The notes: generated from the sequence alone by a model not told the origin. A stretch of DNA of 32,000 bases from Clostridia bacterium (GCA_017397885.1 JAFQHQ010000199.1:8603-40602), one strand, 5' to 3'; counted from the stretch's first letter, positions 1-8,541 are shown. Made by a program: numbers and translations.

Positions 1-525
1 GATCCTGCCGCCGCAAGACGATTGATTGAAAAAGCAAAGGCACACGGCACACCCATGTTTTCTTCAAGTGCTTTGCGTTTTTCCGAAGGACTTGCCGATT
101 TTGACAAAGAGGGAATTGTGAACCTTTCCATGCGTGGCCCCGGTCTTCTTGGTATATATTGCATACACCACATTGAGCCAATCATCATGCTTATGGGTCA
201 TGAGGCAGAAGATGTAATGTTTTTGGGAACAGAAGAATGCCCCGGTTATGTTATCCGTTTTTCTGACGGTCGCTTTGCCACAAGTCATCACCTCGACTTC
301 AAACGTCCGTTCTCGATTCACGTTAAATACAAAGACGGCAAGCCCGCAGGATATATGGATGACTGCAAAGACTTTTATCCCGGGTTTGTTACTGCACTTG
401 TTAAATTTTTCAGAACAAAAGAAATCCCCGTTGATCCCGAAGAAACCGTTGCTGTAATTGCCGTGAGAGAAGCAATTATGAAGGCAAAGGATATGCCCGG
501 AGAATGGGTTAAAGTTGTTAAGTAA
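1..525 (+). CDS. Gfo/Idh/MocA-family oxidoreductase, C-terminal part (5' end lies outside the window)
   Basis: Frame 1 is open from base 1 (DPAAARRLIEKAKAHG...), so the listed Met at 22 is internal. The segment ...GTPMFSSSALRF... and the following beta-rich region resemble the C-terminal domain of this family. The next gene starts 12 nt downstream behind an AAGGAGA RBS. Confidence 0.5.
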   Translation, partial: DPAAARRLIEKAKAHGTPMFSSSALRFSEGLADFDKEGIVNLSMRGPGLLGIYCIHHIEPIIMLMGHEAEDVMFLGTEECPGYVIRFSDGRFATSHHLDFKRPFSIHVKYKDGKPAGYMDDCKDFYPGFVTALVKFFRTKEIPVDPEETVAVIAVREAIMKAKDMPGEWVKVVK

Positions 526-537
526 AGGAGAAAGACC

Positions 538-2289
538 ATGCTTCTTCCACGTGCAAAAAAAGAAAACTATTTTGATGAAAAATATATTTTAAAAGCCTAT
601 GACAAATCCGTCGATCTGATGTATTTATACAAAAAATACAAACACGGCAATGAAGATGTGACAATTATCACAGATTCCGCATTGGGAAAAGAAGAATACA
701 AACTAACAATAAATTCCGCCGGAATAACAATAACCGCATCCTGCGACAACGGAATTTTCAGAGCAGTTTCATCACTGAGACAGCTCTTGTTTGATTACAA
801 AGATGCCTTGCCCTACTGCGAAATTGAAGACAGCCCGGTTTTTGAAAAGAGAAGCTACATGCTCGACATCAGCCGATGCAGAATGCCGAAGGTGTCCACC
901 ATTACAAGACTTATCGACCTTTTGGCGGATCTCAAATATAACGAGTTTCAGCTTTATATGGAAAGTTTCGTATACAAGTGCAAGGCATACCCAAAATATA
1001 CCGAAGATTTTGACTGCCTTACCCCTGAAGACATTGAATATCTTGTGGATTACTGCGAAGAACGCTTTATTGACCTTGTACCAAACCAGAACAGTCTCGG
1101 TCACATGAGAACCTGGCTTGACGAAGAAGAGTTCAAGCCCCTTGCTCTCACAGACGGCAACCATCGTTCAACAACAATTAATCCCCTTCTTCCCGAAACC
1201 TTTGAGTTTATGGATAATCTCTACGATTCCCTTCTTCCACACTTTAAGTCGGAATATGTAAACATCGGTCTTGACGAAGCCTATGAACTTGACAAATTCC
1301 AGCTTGAAGAAGTGTGCAAGGAAAAAGGCGTTGAAAATGTGTTTATGGACTGGCTCGGAAAACTTTCGGACCACATTGGAAAAAAGTATGGCAAAAAGGT
1401 GCAATTCTGGGCAGATATGGTCTACAAATATCCCGAAAGCTACAGCCGTGTTCCCAAAGATGCCGTTGCTCTCAACTGGGGCTATGACAGAGACATCACC
1501 GCCCAAATGGAAAAACGATGCATTGACCTTGCCTCAATGGGAACAAACTTCTACATTTGCCCCGGAAATCAGACATGGATAACCTTTACGGGAAAGCACG
1601 ACCTTTGTGCATTTAATCTCTACACCTGCGGAAAGCTTGGTGAAAAATACGGTGCCAAGGGTTATATGCTCACCGACTGGGGATGCGGCGAAGGTCACAC
1701 TCATTTCCCCGTGTGGAGCCTTATCCCTGCGGTTATGTCAGGTCAGATTTCGTGGAACGGTGCAAACGAAGACCCCCGTCACTACACACGCTATGCGGAA
1801 AAATATCTTGACGATTATGTATTCAATGCAAAAATTTCAAGCAGAATAAGAATGCTTCAGCAATATTATCTTCTTGAGCCCGAGCGAGTTCCCTCAACCA
1901 CAATGTGCGGCTACACAATTCGCTGTCCGCTAACCGAAACCAAAGCCTTTTGCTTTGACCTTAAGGTGAGCGGTGAACCAATCTTTTTTGAAAATGTAAT
2001 ATGGTATGTGAACAGATGTCTTGAAGATGTAGTTAAAACTGATTTTGACGAAAACTGGAAGAGACAAATTATCATAAACAGCAAAATGGTAATCTTAAGC
2101 GCAGAGCTTTGTCTAATCAGAATGTCACAAACCTGTGAAAGTGAAAAAATTGACGAGCTTGTAGAACTTATAGATTTTATTGCCGAAGAATATGCAATTC
2201 TTTGGGACAGAGAAAACTATTCCAAAGGCAAAGAGCATTTCCTTGAGCAGCTTGAAGGAAGAAGAAAAGAGCTTCTGGAAATGAAATGA
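538..2289 (+). CDS. GH20-like glycoside hydrolase (beta-N-acetylhexosaminidase family), cytoplasmic
   Basis: 583 aa ORF. 'EDSPVFEKRSYMLDISRCRMP...IDLLADLKYNEFQLY' matches the start of the GH20 TIM barrel (DxPRFxxRGxMLDxxR...K.N). 'VNIGLDEAYEL' carries the adjacent Asp-Glu pair expected for the GH20 catalytic dyad. No signal peptide. Confidence 0.55.
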   Translation: MLLPRAKKENYFDEKYILKAYDKSVDLMYLYKKYKHGNEDVTIITDSALGKEEYKLTINSAGITITASCDNGIFRAVSSLRQLLFDYKDALPYCEIEDSPVFEKRSYMLDISRCRMPKVSTITRLIDLLADLKYNEFQLYMESFVYKCKAYPKYTEDFDCLTPEDIEYLVDYCEERFIDLVPNQNSLGHMRTWLDEEEFKPLALTDGNHRSTTINPLLPETFEFMDNLYDSLLPHFKSEYVNIGLDEAYELDKFQLEEVCKEKGVENVFMDWLGKLSDHIGKKYGKKVQFWADMVYKYPESYSRVPKDAVALNWGYDRDITAQMEKRCIDLASMGTNFYICPGNQTWITFTGKHDLCAFNLYTCGKLGEKYGAKGYMLTDWGCGEGHTHFPVWSLIPAVMSGQISWNGANEDPRHYTRYAEKYLDDYVFNAKISSRIRMLQQYYLLEPERVPSTTMCGYTIRCPLTETKAFCFDLKVSGEPIFFENVIWYVNRCLEDVVKTDFDENWKRQIIINSKMVILSAELCLIRMSQTCESEKIDELVELIDFIAEEYAILWDRENYSKGKEHFLEQLEGRRKELLEMK

Positions 2290-2304
2290 TATAAGATATA
2301 TGTG

Positions 2305-2333
2305 TTGTTTTTTTATACCGCTTGTGTTATAAT
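2305..2333 (+). promoter_or_regulatory. sigma-A type promoter candidate for the lipoprotein gene
   Basis: TTGTTT (2305-2310), a 17 nt spacer ending in TGT, then TATAAT (2328-2333). AAGGAGG RBS at 2371-2377 and ATG at 2386. Confidence 0.45.
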
Positions 2334-2385
2334 AAACTTAACAGATAACCGTCTTTAGTTCTGTGGTTAAAAGGAGGCTTTAAAA

Positions 2386-2967
2386 ATGAAAAAATTCACA
2401 TTTATTTTCGGCTTGATTATTGCATTTAGTATTGTCGTGACCGGGTGTAGTACCAAAGACAAATCAAAAAACAAAGATGTTTCCGTTCAATCAACAACTG
2501 AAATTTCACAAATTGAAGATGACAGCAGTGCTAATCCCGATGAAGAAGCAGAATCGAATTTGGATGAACCCGCAAACAACAACGATGAAAACTCCCATTT
2601 TGATGCATCTGTTTTAGAAGGCGAATGGGAACTTGTGAGCGGCGAAACAGACGGATATGAATACAGTGCCGAAGAAGCAGGATATACAACCAAGCTTACA
2701 ATAGATGCCGCCGGTGCACACTATAGCCATACACTCTACGATGAAACAAAATCCTTTGATGCAGAGCTTAAATATCGGAATGTTCCACTCTATGAAGGTT
2801 GCGGAAACGATGAATGGAGTGTTGAATTTGTTATGATTGAAAGTGACTTTGATGCTGAGGAAGAATATTATGCAACCCTTACAAGCGATGACACTTTGCT
2901 TCTTCAATGCTTCTTCCCCTTTGACGGAACACAGGGCGTAAGCTATGAAACATACAAGAGAAAATAA
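2386..2967 (+). CDS. Hypothetical lipoprotein with an acidic low-complexity linker
   Basis: Signal peptide with lipobox (MKKFTFIFGLIIAFSIVVTG|C). It is followed by a D/E/S/N-rich linker and a roughly 120 aa beta-rich domain (EGEWELVSGETDG...). Strong RBS. Confidence 0.7.
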   Translation: MKKFTFIFGLIIAFSIVVTGCSTKDKSKNKDVSVQSTTEISQIEDDSSANPDEEAESNLDEPANNNDENSHFDASVLEGEWELVSGETDGYEYSAEEAGYTTKLTIDAAGAHYSHTLYDETKSFDAELKYRNVPLYEGCGNDEWSVEFVMIESDFDAEEEYYATLTSDDTLLLQCFFPFDGTQGVSYETYKRK

Positions 2968-3003
2968 ATTTTAGAAATTTAGTCCTCCGACGGCTGACAA
3001 CTC

Positions 3004-3039
3004 AAAAACCCACTTTCCATTTGCGGAATGTGGGTTTTT
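3004..3039. terminator. Bidirectional rho-independent terminator
   Basis: A5, then CCCACTTTCC (3009-3018), a 6 nt loop, GGAATGTGGG (3025-3034; 10 bp stem with 1 mismatch), then T5. It lies between the convergent lipoprotein (+) and MATE (-) genes. Confidence 0.7.
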
Positions 3040-3143
3040 GTTATGTTAAATGATGATTTATCAAAACACAGCAATTTTGTTATTTACACAATTATATTGC
3101 AATTATAATAACATTGTTTTCATAATCTTTAATCTCCGTATAA

Positions 3144-4511
3144 TCATTGCGACTGAAGCATTTTTGAATATGCTTTTTTGTGAACTATGAGATATGTTGT
3201 AACATGCATCAATATAACCACACACCATGAAATCGGCCAACAAAGGAAAAGGGTTTCGGGGGTGTGGTTCATCGGAAGAACAAAACTAACCCAAAGTATA
3301 CGAAAACCGCAAGCGCCAATCAATGAGTTTATGGCAGATATTGACGAATAGCCCATACCTCTCAGCGTTCCTGCCATAACTTCCATAATTCCGCATATAA
3401 AATACGGAAGGCCGGTGTAGGTTATTCTTATAATGCCATGCTCAATGGCTTCGGCAGAGTCTGTTATGTATATGCCCAAAAGCTGTTTTGCAAAAATGAC
3501 TGTAAGCATGCCCAAGACAAACCCGATAACGCTTACGCAGCCAATGGAAACAAATATTGTTTTTTTGATTCGTTTTTCATTTTTGGCACCGTAGTTTTGA
3601 CTGACAGATGTAAGCGTTGCCTGATAAACAGCATTCATTGCAGTGTAGACAAAGCCCTCAATGTTTGCCCCTGCAGCATTTCCTGCAATGGCTTCCTTGC
3701 CGAATGAATTTACCGAAGATTGAATAACAGTGTTTGCCAAGGCAAACATCATGCTCTGCAAAGCCGCAGGAATACCGATTTTAAAAATATTTGCAACTTC
3801 TTTCCTGTAGAGAGTGAGTTTAGCTAAAACCAGCTTGTATGACCCTTCCGCTCTCATGAGAGTGACAACAATCGCCGCCGCAGAAAGACAGTTCGAAACC
3901 GTTGTGGCAATTGCAACACCTGCAACACCCATGTGAAAAACAATAACAAGTATCAGGTTAAGCACAACATTGACTACACCCGATGCCGCAAGAATGTAAA
4001 GAGGTCGCTTTGTGTCGCCCACAGCCCTCAAAACAGCCGCACCGAAGTTATATATCATGCTTGCGGGAACACCTGCAAAAATAATTCGCATGTAAAGAAC
4101 CGCGCCCTCCAAAACCTCACCTTCGGGAGTAGACATCAACATGAGAAGTTTGCGTGCAAAAACAAGGCCTATCAAAGACGCAACAAAGCCCACAATAACA
4201 CTAAGCGCCATGGACGAATGAACGGCTCTGTGAACACCGCCCACATCTCTCGCACCATAGTTTCGGGACACCAGAACCGAAGCTCCGATGGAAATGCCTA
4301 TGCAACCGTTTGTAATGAGTGTGCTCAAAGAGCCCGTTGCACCAACCGATGCCATGGCAGTGCTTCCTGCAAAACGGCTGACAACAATGACATCTGCCGC
4401 ATTGTAAAAAAGCTGCAAAAGATTACCGAGAATAAGAGGAACTGCAAACAGTATGATATTTTTAAATATCGGACCGTTAACCATGTCAATTTCATAAGAT
4501 TGTCTGCTCAT
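3144..4511 (-). CDS. MATE-family (MOP superfamily) efflux transporter / possible flippase
   Basis: 12-TM-like hydrophobic profile. The N-terminus 'GPIFKNIILFAVPLILGNLLQLFYNAADVIVVSRFAG' is typical of MATE. Start moved to Met11 (ATG 4511-4509) because GGAGG (4524-4520) lies 8 nt upstream. The ORF-track start at 4541 would overlap the LRAT-like gene by 4 nt. Confidence 0.85.
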   Translation of the reverse strand: MSRQSYEIDMVNGPIFKNIILFAVPLILGNLLQLFYNAADVIVVSRFAGSTAMASVGATGSLSTLITNGCIGISIGASVLVSRNYGARDVGGVHRAVHSSMALSVIVGFVASLIGLVFARKLLMLMSTPEGEVLEGAVLYMRIIFAGVPASMIYNFGAAVLRAVGDTKRPLYILAASGVVNVVLNLILVIVFHMGVAGVAIATTVSNCLSAAAIVVTLMRAEGSYKLVLAKLTLYRKEVANIFKIGIPAALQSMMFALANTVIQSSVNSFGKEAIAGNAAGANIEGFVYTAMNAVYQATLTSVSQNYGAKNEKRIKKTIFVSIGCVSVIGFVLGMLTVIFAKQLLGIYITDSAEAIEHGIIRITYTGLPYFICGIMEVMAGTLRGMGYSSISAINSLIGACGFRILWVSFVLPMNHTPETLFLCWPISWCVVILMHVTTYLIVHKKAYSKMLQSQ

Positions 4512-4537
4512 TTTATATGCCTCCAAAAACGTATTTG

Positions 4538-4942
4538 TCAAATCTTTATGATTTTGCTTCTTATTTTCGCACGTACATCATCCAAAAAAGAACGCTTTTC
4601 GCCAAAATAGCACTGATTTGCAAAATGTTCACAGTTGTTGTTTAAAATGTTGTATCCTTTTTCACCGACATGGGAAAGAGCCGTTTCAACAATATCACGT
4701 GGACGGCGCCGCCTTTTCTTTTCGTCGCCCTCGCATTCAAGGGTTTCAACAAACTCACCGTTCGAAAAACTTTGAACATCTGCAATCATTACTGCAATAT
4801 CATCGGGCGGAGTGTCACCGTTATCGGGCATACCAAACTCTACGACGGTATTTTCATCAACATAAATTCCATAATGATAATAAAACCTTACCTTAACACG
4901 AATCATATCACCGTATTCGGGGGTTTTTTGAGTCCATTTCAT
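4538..4942 (-). CDS. LRAT/PLAAT (H-RAS-like suppressor, NlpC/P60-related) family Cys-His acyltransferase/phospholipase homologue
   Basis: 134 aa. The His box 'YYHYGIYVD' and the signature 'NCEHFANQC' (catalytic Cys of the NCEHF motif) are both present. No TM segment. The start ATG overlaps the ACP stop as ATGA (4942-4939). Confidence 0.7.
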   Translation of the reverse strand: MKWTQKTPEYGDMIRVKVRFYYHYGIYVDENTVVEFGMPDNGDTPPDDIAVMIADVQSFSNGEFVETLECEGDEKKRRRRPRDIVETALSHVGEKGYNILNNNCEHFANQCYFGEKRSFLDDVRAKIRSKIIKI

Positions 4943-5184
4943 TTTTCCCGCACCTTGCTCTCCACAACATCAATTGCATCCTGAACGGTTTTAATTTTTT
5001 CAAAATCAGAATTGTCGAACCTAATGGAATATTTTTCCTCAAGTGTCATTGCCATATACAAAAATGAGATAGAATTCATTCCTATATCTTTGCGTAAATC
5101 CGATTTTTCACTGAAAGTTGAAACATCAATATCATCACCGAGTACTGCAACAAACATTTCTTTGAGTTCTTCTACCGTTGCCAT
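4939..5184 (-). CDS. Stand-alone acyl carrier protein
   Basis: 81 aa four-helix-type sequence with a phosphopantetheine-site-like 'DIGMNSISFLY' (Ser codon at 5073-5071). Start trimmed to ATG 5184-5182 because GGGGAGGA lies 7 nt upstream. It begins 1 nt after the stop of the upstream gene. Confidence 0.8.
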   Translation of the reverse strand: MATVEELKEMFVAVLGDDIDVSTFSEKSDLRKDIGMNSISFLYMAMTLEEKYSIRFDNSDFEKIKTVQDAIDVVESKVREK

Positions 5185-5185
5185 G

Positions 5186-5851
5186 TTAATTCCTCCCCAT
5201 ATCTTCATATATTTTTCTGCATTCTGTCATTTTTTCAAACACCAAATCGGCATATTCATTTATATTTTTAATGCCTTTTATCTCCCCTGTCCCAAAAGCG
5301 TCAATGGGTTCTCCTATTACCATGCAGTTGCGTTTGTGTGTTTTTGTTTTGCGTGAAACATACACGGGAATGATGGGAACTTTCGCCTGCATTGCCATAA
5401 GAACAATACCCGACTTTATGGATTTCATTTCGTCGTCACGGTTTATGCCCCCCTGCGGAAACAAAGCAAGAACATGCCCTTCTTTAAGAATTGAAACCGT
5501 TTTTCTCATTGACTCTATGTCACAGATATTACGGTCGATTTTTATGCAACCCACACCCTTTAACAAACTGCCCACAATCTTGTTTTCCATAACAACTTCC
5601 GCCGCCAAAAAAAACATTCGTCTGTACCAGAAAAGGCTTCCAAGCAGAAGCGGGTCTTTGAAGCATGTGTGATTTGCCGCAATGATTGCCCCACCTTTGA
5701 TTTTTTGTTTGGCTTTTTCAGAAACAAAAATCTTTTTGATTCTGAAAGCAAGAGGTAACCACATGCACAGCATTCTTGCAAAATCCATCGGAAAATGCCT
5801 TATATCAAAAAGTCTCGGTTTTTTTATCTTTTTGTTGTTATTGCTTTTCAT
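5186..5851 (-). CDS. PlsC/LPLAT-family acyltransferase (copy 2)
   Basis: HX4D motif 'NHTCFKD', 'FPQGG' and 'VPIIPVYV' (LPLAT motifs I, III and IV). The start is uncertain: Met31 at 5851 gives a 14 nt overlap with the upstream LPLAT, and alternatives exist at 5881 and 5941. Confidence 0.75.
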   Translation of the reverse strand: MKSNNNKKIKKPRLFDIRHFPMDFARMLCMWLPLAFRIKKIFVSEKAKQKIKGGAIIAANHTCFKDPLLLGSLFWYRRMFFLAAEVVMENKIVGSLLKGVGCIKIDRNICDIESMRKTVSILKEGHVLALFPQGGINRDDEMKSIKSGIVLMAMQAKVPIIPVYVSRKTKTHKRNCMVIGEPIDAFGTGEIKGIKNINEYADLVFEKMTECRKIYEDMGRN

Positions 5852-6500
5852 TTTTCTTTTCCAATCTTTTTTCGAGTTCATCTTTAAGAGCATAGCTCTT
5901 ATCTTCAAGCATTTTTGTGAGGTTTTTGAGCTCATCATCACTCACATTCTCGCTCTTTACATAATCCCTTAGATAAATCGCTTCGCCAATAATAACATGC
6001 GCTCTCTTAAACAATCCGTAATTACCGTCGGTATAGACAGGAATTATGGGGGCATCGGTACGAAGAGCAATAAGGACTATACCCGGCTTGTAGGGAAAAG
6101 GTTTTCCGCCGACGGGTAGCCTGCCCTGAGGAAATACACCCACACTGCCGCCGCTGTCGAGCACATTGAGACTTTCTTCAACAAAGGAAAAATTGCAGGC
6201 ATCCCTGTCCACAAAAATTCCCCCGATTTTATATAAAAACCATGAGAAAAACTTTCCTTTTTTAAAAAGCACCTCTGCCATAAGAAAGTGGATATTTCTG
6301 AAAAAGAAAACAATCAAATATAACACAAAATCCATAAGTGAAGTGTGATTTGACATAAGAATTGCGTTCCCGGGCAAATTACGCTTTACTTTTTTGTTTT
6401 GTTTATATACCTTGGGCTTAAAAAACAGCAATCCGGGTAATACACCGGTAAGCTTTACAAAGCCCAAAACAAACGAACTCATTTTACTGGTTTTTTTCAT
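5838..6500 (-). CDS. PlsC/LPLAT-family acyltransferase (copy 1)
   Basis: HX4D motif 'NHTSLMD', 'FPQGR' and 'APIIPVY', with a hydrophobic N-terminal segment. The start is 2 nt after the stop of the AMP-ligase gene. Confidence 0.8.
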   Translation of the reverse strand: MKKTSKMSSFVLGFVKLTGVLPGLLFFKPKVYKQNKKVKRNLPGNAILMSNHTSLMDFVLYLIVFFFRNIHFLMAEVLFKKGKFFSWFLYKIGGIFVDRDACNFSFVEESLNVLDSGGSVGVFPQGRLPVGGKPFPYKPGIVLIALRTDAPIIPVYTDGNYGLFKRAHVIIGEAIYLRDYVKSENVSDDELKNLTKMLEDKSYALKDELEKRLEKKNEKQ

Positions 6501-6502
6501 AT

Positions 6503-8413
6503 CTATATATGCCTTTCAATGTATTGACAAATTTCATGAACGGTGTAACACAAAACATCTTTTTCGGATGCCGAAACAGAAAACTCCTCGGCAAGATCCG
6601 TCAAAATCGAAAAATATTGCATGCTGTCGGCTCCCATATCAAGCATAATGTGAGCATGAATATCAATTGATTCAGCATCCGTATTCAGTCTCTTTGCCAC
6701 AATGGACTTAACCTTTGCAAGAATTTCACTGTTGTAGACAGCCTCACTGCAATCCGACAAAACCGCTTTTGTAAAATCATAAATATTAACAGTTTTATCT
6801 GCCAACGCCTTGAGAACATAGGTTCTGCTGATTTTTGCCGCTCCCGGAGATGTGATATTATCTGTTGTATAATAGATTTTTGCCACCCTCGATGTCAAAG
6901 GAAGACTCTCGTTTATGGCAATGATTGTGTCAAGCAATTCATTTCTTTTTGAAACAGACATATATTTTCCGATTTGAACAATCATGGAAACGGTTTTCTT
7001 TCCTTCGTTTTCAATTCCGAGGACACAAAAGTTTTCTGCCTGAGGAAGTGCAAAACACTGTTCAACAACATCGGGGTTGATGTTCTCGCCGTTGTCTCCG
7101 ATAATCGTATCACCATTTCGGCCTTTTACATAATAGTATCCGTCATTTTGAGTTAAGATGTCACCGCTGTCAAAATAGCCATCCATTGACTGCTCCCGGC
7201 CATTTATGAGCATTTTGTCACAAAGCGAATCACCCTTAATCAAAAGAGTGCCTTTGTCACCGATTTCATAGTCAACCGACGCAAAGGGTTTTCCTATGGA
7301 ATTGAGATTTTTGTGTTTGGGACGGGTTCTCAGTTCAACCGACGTTATACCGATTTCGGTCATGCCGTAGCCGTTGTGCAAATTGTACCCTATTGCATTT
7401 ATAAGCTCCAGTGCCGAGCTTCGCACATAGCTTCCGCCGCTTATGCAAAACTTTATGCTTTTGCCAAACAGTTCATCGGTAACTTCGCTCATTATTTTTT
7501 GGGAAAGCTTCATCCCGAGATGCGGAAAAATATTTTGCAAGCCTGTGCAAAGTCTTATACCCCGTTTCAGCTTGGCAAGCTTTTTGTCGCCTGCCTCTTT
7601 TGCCTTTTTCATGACAGAATTTTCAATGGTATGCCACAAAAGCGGAACAGCAAACACATGGGTAACCTCATGTTTTTTGCAGGTTTTCAAAATGGTGTCC
7701 GATGAATAATCTTTCAAAAACACAATTGTAACTCCAAAAAACGAAAACCAAAAATACACAGCAATCAAACCAAAAATGTGATAAAAAGGCAAAAACGCAA
7801 GATTTTTAATTCTGCCATTGTGGTCTGCTGCGATTTCGGGATATTTTTTCATGAATGATTTAACATTTAATATCTGAGACGAAAACCTTTGACCGCTGTA
7901 GAAACAAATTGTCTCTTTCAAAGATGTTCCCGATGTGGAAAGAGCAATTTCGTTTTCAAACTCACCTTCAAAACCTGTCTTCCCCTCAAGTGAATCAATG
8001 TCAATAAACTCTGTATCAAGTTTTGTGTCACCTTTACCCACGGTATATTTTATGCCGAGGGTTTTGAGCGCAGAATTTGCCATTCCGGGAAGCTGCCTGC
8101 AGTTTACAAGATAGGGTTTGTTTCCGCTTCGGAGAATTGCCCAGAAAGCCACAATCCAATCAATGCAATTTTCCATTTCAAGAGCTACAAAGCCATGGGT
8201 TGCACCAATTTTTGCATACAGAGCTTCGGAAGCTGATTCTATTCGTTCTTTAATTTGTTCATATGAGTATGAGCGAATTCTGAAACCGTCCGTATCTTCC
8301 GCCAGCACGCCCGAATTCGCAAACATAACATTAAAAATTGCCTCAAAATCCATTTTGGAATTTTCAAGGACACCTATATTATTGCGAATAATACTTTTAA
8401 TTTTTTTGTTCAT
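6503..8413 (-). CDS. ANL-superfamily AMP-forming acyl ligase fused to a C-terminal carrier (ACP/PCP-like) domain
   Basis: 636 aa. Motifs are 'NGYGMTE' (A5), 'YFDSGDIL' (A7), 'GRNGDTIIGDNGENINPDVVE' (A8) and 'SPGAAKISR' (A10 Lys). Residues about 558-636 form a carrier domain with 'LDMGADSMQYF' (Ser codon at 6625-6623). Confidence 0.85.
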   Translation of the reverse strand: MNKKIKSIIRNNIGVLENSKMDFEAIFNVMFANSGVLAEDTDGFRIRSYSYEQIKERIESASEALYAKIGATHGFVALEMENCIDWIVAFWAILRSGNKPYLVNCRQLPGMANSALKTLGIKYTVGKGDTKLDTEFIDIDSLEGKTGFEGEFENEIALSTSGTSLKETICFYSGQRFSSQILNVKSFMKKYPEIAADHNGRIKNLAFLPFYHIFGLIAVYFWFSFFGVTIVFLKDYSSDTILKTCKKHEVTHVFAVPLLWHTIENSVMKKAKEAGDKKLAKLKRGIRLCTGLQNIFPHLGMKLSQKIMSEVTDELFGKSIKFCISGGSYVRSSALELINAIGYNLHNGYGMTEIGITSVELRTRPKHKNLNSIGKPFASVDYEIGDKGTLLIKGDSLCDKMLINGREQSMDGYFDSGDILTQNDGYYYVKGRNGDTIIGDNGENINPDVVEQCFALPQAENFCVLGIENEGKKTVSMIVQIGKYMSVSKRNELLDTIIAINESLPLTSRVAKIYYTTDNITSPGAAKISRTYVLKALADKTVNIYDFTKAVLSDCSEAVYNSEILAKVKSIVAKRLNTDAESIDIHAHIMLDMGADSMQYFSILTDLAEEFSVSASEKDVLCYTVHEICQYIERHI

Positions 8414-8458
8414 AATTATATCCTCTGGTGTCTGCCGTTAATCGACATATTCTATATA

Positions 8459-8487
8459 AATATAACACAAATCCAAATAAAAAGCAA
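8459..8487 (-). promoter_or_regulatory. sigma-A type promoter candidate for the six-gene acyl operon
   Basis: On the minus strand: TTGCTT (8487-8482), a 17 nt spacer ending in TGT, then TATATT (8464-8459). It lies downstream of two terminators and about 45 nt upstream of ATG 8413 (AGAGGA RBS). Confidence 0.4.
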
Positions 8488-8520
8488 TACGACAGACAGA
8501 TATTTTGAACTTGTTTGAAT

Positions 8521-8541
8521 AAAAAAGCAGGCTGAGCCTGC
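8521..8541 (-). terminator. Rho-independent terminator (second of a tandem pair)
   Basis: GCAGGC/GCCTGC stem (8527-8532 and 8536-8541) followed on the minus strand by T6 (8526-8521). Confidence 0.55.

Noticed and set aside
2290-2385. 96 nt leader upstream of the lipoprotein gene, considered as a riboswitch
   Set aside because: A promoter, about 35 nt of unstructured AT-rich leader and an RBS fully account for it. No conserved stem architecture is visible.
3933-4610. 225 aa + strand ORF rich in K/R/N/C/H
   Set aside because: It lies entirely antisense to the well-supported MATE transporter gene. Its composition is what you get from reading hydrophobic codons backwards, and there is no RBS. 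It is a shadow ORF.
3144-8413. Interpretation of the carrier/ligase operon as an NRPS or PKS natural-product cluster
   Set aside because: I could not recognise any condensation, ketosynthase, acyltransferase (AT), reductase or thioesterase domain. The transferases present are lipid-type LPLAT and LRAT enzymes, so a lipid-assembly or remodelling role fits better.
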